Both the position numbers and the translations under genes were made by a program. The notes beneath the pieces are model-generated. The model had not been told where the DNA came from. It saw only the letters and a program-made list of their open reading frames with translations, and did no database searches. 20,263 nt of DNA from assembly GCA_011364975.1 (NCBI GenBank), contig RDOE01000057.1, positions 1 through 20,263 on the forward strand, in the 5' to 3' direction. Below are positions 14,889 to 20,263 of the stretch, one piece after another; positions within the stretch are counted from its first letter, which is position 1; the number at the start of each line of letters is the position of its first letter. The stretch is from Promethearchaeota archaeon (GTDB lineage Archaea > Asgardarchaeota > Lokiarchaeia > Sigyniarchaeales > SOKP01).

Positions 14889-17249
14889 TTAAATTATGCA
14901 ATGTTCAGTTCGTCTTATTATTTCATCTTGTAAATCCTTCCCTAAATTATTGAAATAATCACTGTAACCTGCCACTCGTACTATTAAATTTTGATACTGT
15001 TCTGGATGGAGTTGGGCATCACGTAAGGTACTTGCTGATACTACATTAAATTGAATGTGATGACCATCCATTTTAAAGTATGAGCGAATTAGATGAGTCA
15101 AATTATCAATCCCTTCTTGAGTGGAAAAAAATTTTGGTGAAAATTTTTGATTTAATAATGTGCCACCAGTACGTAGATGATCTATTTTACCTGCTGATTT
15201 GATAACTGCGGTAGGGCCCTTGATATCCATTCCTTGAACGGGAGAGATTCCTTCTGACAATGGACTAAATGCTTTTCTCCCATCGGGGGTAGCTCCAGTT
15301 ACCTTACCAAAATACACATGAACAGTAGTTGGTAAGAGATTAATCCGATGCAATCCACCTCTTGTGTTAGGGCGTCCATTTATCGCATCATGGACAATAT
15401 CAAAAACTTGTTGGGTTATTGAGTCCGCATAATCGTCATCATTACCATATTTAGGAGTTTTATTAAGTAATTTTTGCCTTAATTCTTCGTATCCATTGAA
15501 ATCATTCTTTAAAGCATGTAAAATTGTATTCATAGAATAAAGCGCTTTATCATATACATTATATTTTAAGGAAGTTAAACAATCTGTAATACTTCCCATT
15601 CCTACGATCTGAATATATGATGTATTATATTTTGCTCCTCCATCATTATAATCTTTTGCTTTCTCAATACAATTATCAATTATAATAGATAAAAAAGGAC
15701 TAGGGTTTTCTGCCCATATTCGTTCGATAATCTGATTTCCTTTTATTTTAATATTAACGAAATAATTGATTTGTTTTTGGAAAGCATCCATAAGTTCTGA
15801 GAAATTCTTAAAATTCGAGGGATCCTCAGTTGATAACCCTATTTGTTTTCTCGTTAAAGGATCCATTCCCTTATTAAGCGTAATTTCAAGAATTTTTACT
15901 AAATTAAAATATCCCGTTAAAATGTATGCCTCTTTACCAAAAGCTCCCGCTTCAACACATCCACTTGCTCCGGCATTTCTTGCATCAATTAATGATTTCC
16001 CTTGCCGTGTAAGTTCTTGAATAATCGCATCAGCATTAAAAATTGATGGTTGTCCAAAACCTGTTTTTATAATTTCAATAGCACGTTTTAAAAATTCATT
16101 AGGAGTTATTTTACTTAATTGTACATTACTACTTGGTTGGACTATGCGCATCTCTTCAATAACATCCAATATCACATAGGATAATTCGTTTACCCCATCA
16201 GTTCCATCTTGCTTTAATCCTCCAAGATTAATATTGCAAAAATCAGTATAAGTACCACTCTCCTCAGCAGTTACTCCCACTTTTGGAGGAGCTGGTTGAT
16301 TATTGAACTTAATCCAAAATGCTTGAAGTAATTCGATTGCCTCATCTCTTGTTAATACTCCATTTGAGATATCCTCTTTATAGAATGGATATAAATGTTG
16401 ATCAAGACGACCAGGATTGAATGAATCCCAGGTATTATATTCGGTTATAACTCCAAGATGGATAAACCAATAATGTTGTAATGCCTCCCAAAACGTTCTG
16501 GGAGCATTAGCAGGGACATAATAACAAATCGCAGCAATTTTTTCTAATTCTCTCTTCCTTTGAGGGTCTTTTTCAATTTTAGCTTGTTCATGGGCAAAAT
16601 CTGCATACCTTTTAGCATACGTTATAATAGCACCAGCAGCAATTTCCATGGCTCTTAATTGTTCTCTTTTAATGAAAGCATCAGGATCGTTATAGAAATC
16701 TAATTTATCTATTGAATCTTTAATTAATCTCTTAAAATCTATAAATCCCATTTTCCAAATATTTACTCCAGCAACAGTATGTCCAGGAGCTCTCTGTTCC
16801 ATGAACTCAGTAAATATTCCTGCTTCATATGCATCAATCCACTCTTGATCTACCTGAGAAAAAATTTTTTCCCTTATAGTTTTGCCTTTCCAGAAAGGAA
16901 TAATAATTTCTTGAGATTGTTTCTTAGTTTGTTCCTTAACTTTATAAGAAATTTTCTCCCGAGAATTTAATATATCCAGATCTTCCAACGTATGACAACA
17001 GACTTCCGGATAGGTAGGGGTAGCTTTTGGTTCTGGCCCTCTCTCACCAACTATCAATTCTCCCTCATCAATAGAAATTTTTTTATTTTCTAAGATATAT
17101 TGAAAAACTTTAGCTCTAGTTACAGCAGGAGAATACTTCTGGGCTGCCCCCTCCTTATAAAAATCTGTAATCAATAAAGCACGTTCTAATGAAAGATGTG
17201 GAACTGATTTAAGACTCTGAGATCTCAATTTTGCTATTCTTTCATTCAT
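14889..17249 (-). CDS. hypD: Glycyl radical enzyme, trans-4-hydroxy-L-proline dehydratase (HypD/PflD) type
   Basis: Gly-radical loop RVAGY and Cys loop SGCVE. HypD-type segments include PTYPEVCCH, FTEFMEQRAPGH, WDSFNPGRLDQ, NNQPAPPKVG, ESGTYTDF, LTGY and LLPTT. Confidence 0.88.
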   Translation of the reverse strand: MNERIAKLRSQSLKSVPHLSLERALLITDFYKEGAAQKYSPAVTRAKVFQYILENKKISIDEGELIVGERGPEPKATPTYPEVCCHTLEDLDILNSREKISYKVKEQTKKQSQEIIIPFWKGKTIREKIFSQVDQEWIDAYEAGIFTEFMEQRAPGHTVAGVNIWKMGFIDFKRLIKDSIDKLDFYNDPDAFIKREQLRAMEIAAGAIITYAKRYADFAHEQAKIEKDPQRKRELEKIAAICYYVPANAPRTFWEALQHYWFIHLGVITEYNTWDSFNPGRLDQHLYPFYKEDISNGVLTRDEAIELLQAFWIKFNNQPAPPKVGVTAEESGTYTDFCNINLGGLKQDGTDGVNELSYVILDVIEEMRIVQPSSNVQLSKITPNEFLKRAIEIIKTGFGQPSIFNADAIIQELTRQGKSLIDARNAGASGCVEAGAFGKEAYILTGYFNLVKILEITLNKGMDPLTRKQIGLSTEDPSNFKNFSELMDAFQKQINYFVNIKIKGNQIIERIWAENPSPFLSIIIDNCIEKAKDYNDGGAKYNTSYIQIVGMGSITDCLTSLKYNVYDKALYSMNTILHALKNDFNGYEELRQKLLNKTPKYGNDDDYADSITQQVFDIVHDAINGRPNTRGGLHRINLLPTTVHVYFGKVTGATPDGRKAFSPLSEGISPVQGMDIKGPTAVIKSAGKIDHLRTGGTLLNQKFSPKFFSTQEGIDNLTHLIRSYFKMDGHHIQFNVVSASTLRDAQLHPEQYQNLIVRVAGYSDYFNNLGKDLQDEIIRRTEHCII

Positions 17250-17380
17250 AATTATCCTTAGCGCAATCCTTCGAAGATTATTGATATCTTAAATTATATC
17301 TCATAGGTATTAATATAAATACAATTTCTATAGGTTTAAAAAATATGGTTTTATAAAAAAAATTATCTCACATTAAAATT

Positions 17381-18538
17381 TTAATAAAAATCAATTATAA
17401 ACTGTGTCCTTTTCATTCGTTTGGAAGAATAAAGGTCATAAATAAGGAAAATAATACTCAATATTCCACACGAAACAAACATGAATAAAAATAGACTAGG
17501 TAATATAATACTTTGGAAGGATATTCTCGAAAATTGACCCAAAACCGTATTATCCAAAATTAAAAGATGTGGGGCACCTGCGATATAGATTTTATTTTTA
17601 TGAACCTCTACTCCATTGAAAACTGAGTAAGTATGATATGTATATCTATCAAAAAGTATAGGATCATAAGGATTAGAAATATCATATACTATTAAACCCA
17701 TTGTAGGAGATGTACAATATAGGAAATTAGATTCCACCCATATATTAACAATATCTTCTGAATCTATCTTCCACATCAACTCTGGAGATGTTGGATCAGA
17801 TACATTAATAGCATACAAATCATGTCTCCGCAATTCACTTGGGATACTCCTGTAATTAGTTATATATGCGATATTATTATGAATTTGCAGGTTCTGACCC
17901 GAATAACTGCTGATATTTGTCTCATAGTATCTAGATACAATTTTCACATCTAAAATATCACTTAAATTAACTATGGTCATTAAATCTTCACCGCCTATAA
18001 TGTATCCATAATCCCCTTTGATCTTGAAATCTCTCGCTCCACGGTTAGCCCAACTTCTTTCTGAAATTAATGTTAGATGTTCCGGGTTAGAAAAATTATA
18101 TACACAAAATCTTCTCGATCCAATCAAATCAGCTGATCTTATCGAATAGAGAAAATTCCCTTGAGATACAGCGATTCCACCATCTTCTAGTACTTCTATA
18201 ATGCTAGCATTATATGGGTTTGAAACATCAATTATAGTTAAATCATGATCTCCTCCTTCTAAGAAAATAAATTTATCTTGCAAAGAGATCCATTGAGGAT
18301 TTATATTGCTTATATTTCCAATTATTTGAGGATGGGAAGGATCAGATGTATCTACAATTAATAATCCCTTAAATGCAAGATAAGTAAAATCCTCTCCAAC
18401 CTCTAGATCCTGAACCTGTGAACTTGCTGGAATGCATCCAATAATCGGAGAATAATTAATAGGTAATGAAAATAATATGATTCCAAAAATAGATATAATG
18501 GTAGTGATAAGTATTCTTTTTGAAATATGTAAATGCAT
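17381..18538 (-). CDS. LVIVD-repeat beta-propeller surface protein
   Basis: About 7 repeats (GLLIVDTSDPSHP, LTIIDVSNP, FCVYNFSNP, MTIVNLSD, LYAINVSDPTSP, GLIVYDISNPYDP, LLILD), with an N-terminal signal and a C-terminal TM helix. Confidence 0.85.
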   Translation of the reverse strand: MHLHISKRILITTIISIFGIILFSLPINYSPIIGCIPASSQVQDLEVGEDFTYLAFKGLLIVDTSDPSHPQIIGNISNINPQWISLQDKFIFLEGGDHDLTIIDVSNPYNASIIEVLEDGGIAVSQGNFLYSIRSADLIGSRRFCVYNFSNPEHLTLISERSWANRGARDFKIKGDYGYIIGGEDLMTIVNLSDILDVKIVSRYYETNISSYSGQNLQIHNNIAYITNYRSIPSELRRHDLYAINVSDPTSPELMWKIDSEDIVNIWVESNFLYCTSPTMGLIVYDISNPYDPILFDRYTYHTYSVFNGVEVHKNKIYIAGAPHLLILDNTVLGQFSRISFQSIILPSLFLFMFVSCGILSIIFLIYDLYSSKRMKRTQFIIDFY

Positions 18539-18663
18539 TTTAATATCTTTTTACATGAATGTCTAATCAAAGATTGATTTATTATAGATTTAAATTCTTC
18601 TTACATAAAGACATGAATTATTTATAAAAAAAGATTAATTTTTTTAATAAAGAGCTTTAGGCC

Positions 18664-20262
18664 CTATTTTTCCTCTTTGTCTCGGATAACTCTCCTTAAA
18701 ATTTTGCCGACAGCAGATTTTGGTAGACTTCTTACGAATTTTACTATTCTAGGGTACTTATAGGCGGCCATATTTTCTTTAGCCCAATTGATAATATCTT
18801 CTTCGGTTACCTTTTCTTTATATTCTGGCTTTAGGATTATATGAGCAATAATCTCTTCACCTTTAATTGGATCACTAACACCTATTACTGCACATTCCAA
18901 AACAGCAGGATGTTCATAAAGAATTTCTTCTATCTCTCTTGGATATACTGAATGTCCCTTATACTTAATCATATCTTTAACCCTGTCCAAAAGGAAGATA
19001 TAGCCTTCTTCATCTACTTTAGCATAATCACCGGTTCTTAGCCACCGCATCCCTCCAGTCTCAAAAAGTACCTTCTTGTTTTCTTCTTCCCTATTATGAT
19101 AACCTAACATTACTTGTGGTGCTGAAACAACTAATTCGCCAGCTTCCCCTATAGGCAAGAATTCTAAATTATCATTTACGATTGCAACATAAGTATTTGC
19201 AACAGGGTGTCCACAACTTCCTAATTTTTGCTTAGACCAAGGAGGAGCACTAGTTACACCGGTACTAGTCTCGCTTAGTCCGTATCCTTCCGCCATAGGA
19301 AAGCCCGTCCTTTTCTGCCATTCTCTAGCAACTTCCGCAGGTAATGCACCAGCTCCTACATTTGCATACTTTAAGCAAGTCATATCAACTTCTGTTAAGT
19401 GAGGTGAATTTAACATATTAATAAACATAGTAGGTACACCTAACACTAAATTCGGACGATATTGCTTAATTACTTCTGCAATTCTCTGCAAATCGAATGT
19501 TGGAATCAAGATACCTCTCCCTCCTGCAGTACAATTTGCAATGAGTTCACATGCTTGACCATATATATGATACCATGGTAGAATCGAGAGTGTGATAAGG
19601 TCTCCTTTAATATAATTTTCCTTCATATAATCTGTAATTTGTTTTATCTCTAGAGTCATGGATACCACATTATAATGCGATAAACATGCACCTTTGGGTA
19701 AACCTGTAGTACCACCAGTATATTGTATTATAGCTATATCTTCTTTAGGATTTATACTTATATCTATATCTTCTAATGGTGTTGGATGATTTTCCATAAT
19801 TGAATTATAATGTTTAACGATATTATCTTCTGGAATCTCTGGGATTTTACCTTCAATATTGATAATAATTACATTTTTTAAATCAAGATTTTTTTCAGCT
19901 CGTTTATACTCCTTAAAAAATCGGTCTAATAATATTACGACTTTTGCGCCTGAATCTTTCACTTGATATTCAAATTCTCTTGAAACGAAGAGTGGACTTA
20001 TTGCAGTTAGGGTTGCTCCGATTAAAATGGTGGCAAAATAACTAATAGCAAATTGTGGGCAATTCGGCAACCAGAGAGCTATAACATCTCCTTTTTTTAT
20101 ACCTAAATCTAATAATCCCGCAGCAAATCTTCTCGTGAGTATATCCAGGGCATTAAACGTATATTCTCTCCCATAAAAGTCAAGTGAGACCTTATCTTTG
20201 AACTTTTTCGCTCCATTTTTAAAAATATCAATCAAAGTTATGTTTTCAGGGATTTCTAATTC
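18664..20262 (-). CDS. fadD: Long-chain-fatty-acid--CoA ligase (FadD/LcfB-like); 5' end probably beyond the window
   Basis: Motifs YTGGTTGLPKG, LPWYHIYG, GYGLSE, RTGD, DRVKDMI and PKSAVGKILRR. The frame stays open past TTG at 20235 to the window edge (ELEIPENITLIDIF). Confidence 0.92.
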   Translation of the reverse strand, partial: ELEIPENITLIDIFKNGAKKFKDKVSLDFYGREYTFNALDILTRRFAAGLLDLGIKKGDVIALWLPNCPQFAISYFATILIGATLTAISPLFVSREFEYQVKDSGAKVVILLDRFFKEYKRAEKNLDLKNVIIINIEGKIPEIPEDNIVKHYNSIMENHPTPLEDIDISINPKEDIAIIQYTGGTTGLPKGACLSHYNVVSMTLEIKQITDYMKENYIKGDLITLSILPWYHIYGQACELIANCTAGGRGILIPTFDLQRIAEVIKQYRPNLVLGVPTMFINMLNSPHLTEVDMTCLKYANVGAGALPAEVAREWQKRTGFPMAEGYGLSETSTGVTSAPPWSKQKLGSCGHPVANTYVAIVNDNLEFLPIGEAGELVVSAPQVMLGYHNREEENKKVLFETGGMRWLRTGDYAKVDEEGYIFLLDRVKDMIKYKGHSVYPREIEEILYEHPAVLECAVIGVSDPIKGEEIIAHIILKPEYKEKVTEEDIINWAKENMAAYKYPRIVKFVRSLPKSAVGKILRRVIRDKEEK

Positions 20263-20263
20263 T

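Noticed and set aside
13216-16970. ORF-track entries 13216-13407, 13567-13755, 13759-13968, 14481-14777, 15766-16020 and 16779-16970
   Set aside because: They are antisense or alternate-frame ORFs nested in the MFS, GTPase and hypD genes, with no independent support.
14889-17249. GRE as choline TMA-lyase CutC (which would supply TMA to MttB) or as pyruvate formate-lyase
   Set aside because: The motifs follow HypD (SGCVEAG, ESGTYTDF) rather than the GCVEP loop of CutC, and the adjacent Cys-Cys pair of the PFL active site is absent.
17265-17279. Imperfect palindrome AATCCTTCGAAGATT upstream of hypD
   Set aside because: It is short and bulged with no second copy, so it is too weak to call an operator.
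1-20263. Selenocysteine or stop-codon read-through, and programmed frameshifts
   Set aside because: All recognisable proteins appear complete at their stops. The only TGA-ending gene (2157) runs directly into a convergent gene, and no split domains were seen.
1-20263. CRISPR array, tRNA/rRNA, IS elements or prophage
   Set aside because: By eye there are no spaced direct repeats, GC-rich structured RNA segments, transposase or integrase ORFs, or terminal inverted repeats. A covariance-model search was not possible.

Overview
AT-rich, gene-dense archaeal window. BRE/TATA promoters, GGTGA/GGAGG-type ribosome-binding sites, an unprenylated Rab/Ras-like GTPase and the overall gene mix point to an Asgard archaeon, probably Lokiarchaeia; this is inferred and no marker gene is present. 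About 17 genes fall into four groups. (1) A corrinoid protein, a homocysteine S-methyltransferase and a pyrrolysine-free MttB-family methyltransferase form an operon that abuts an EamA/DMT transporter. (2) A HAD phosphatase, a tandem double-PlsC acyltransferase and a catalytically degenerate PlsC form an operon that converges on a C2-like protein. An SCP2-like lipid carrier, two MFS transporters and a long-chain acyl-CoA ligase lie nearby. (3) There is one canonical small GTPase and one GTPase-fold protein with a dead P-loop. (4) A HypD-type glycyl radical enzyme has no activase in the window, and two membrane-anchored surface proteins are also present. The best candidate for an undescribed system is the acyltransferase cluster, a possible fatty-acyl ester lipid synthesis or salvage module in an archaeon. 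No RNA genes, CRISPR arrays or mobile elements were seen. All family calls come from reading motifs by eye, not from database searches.
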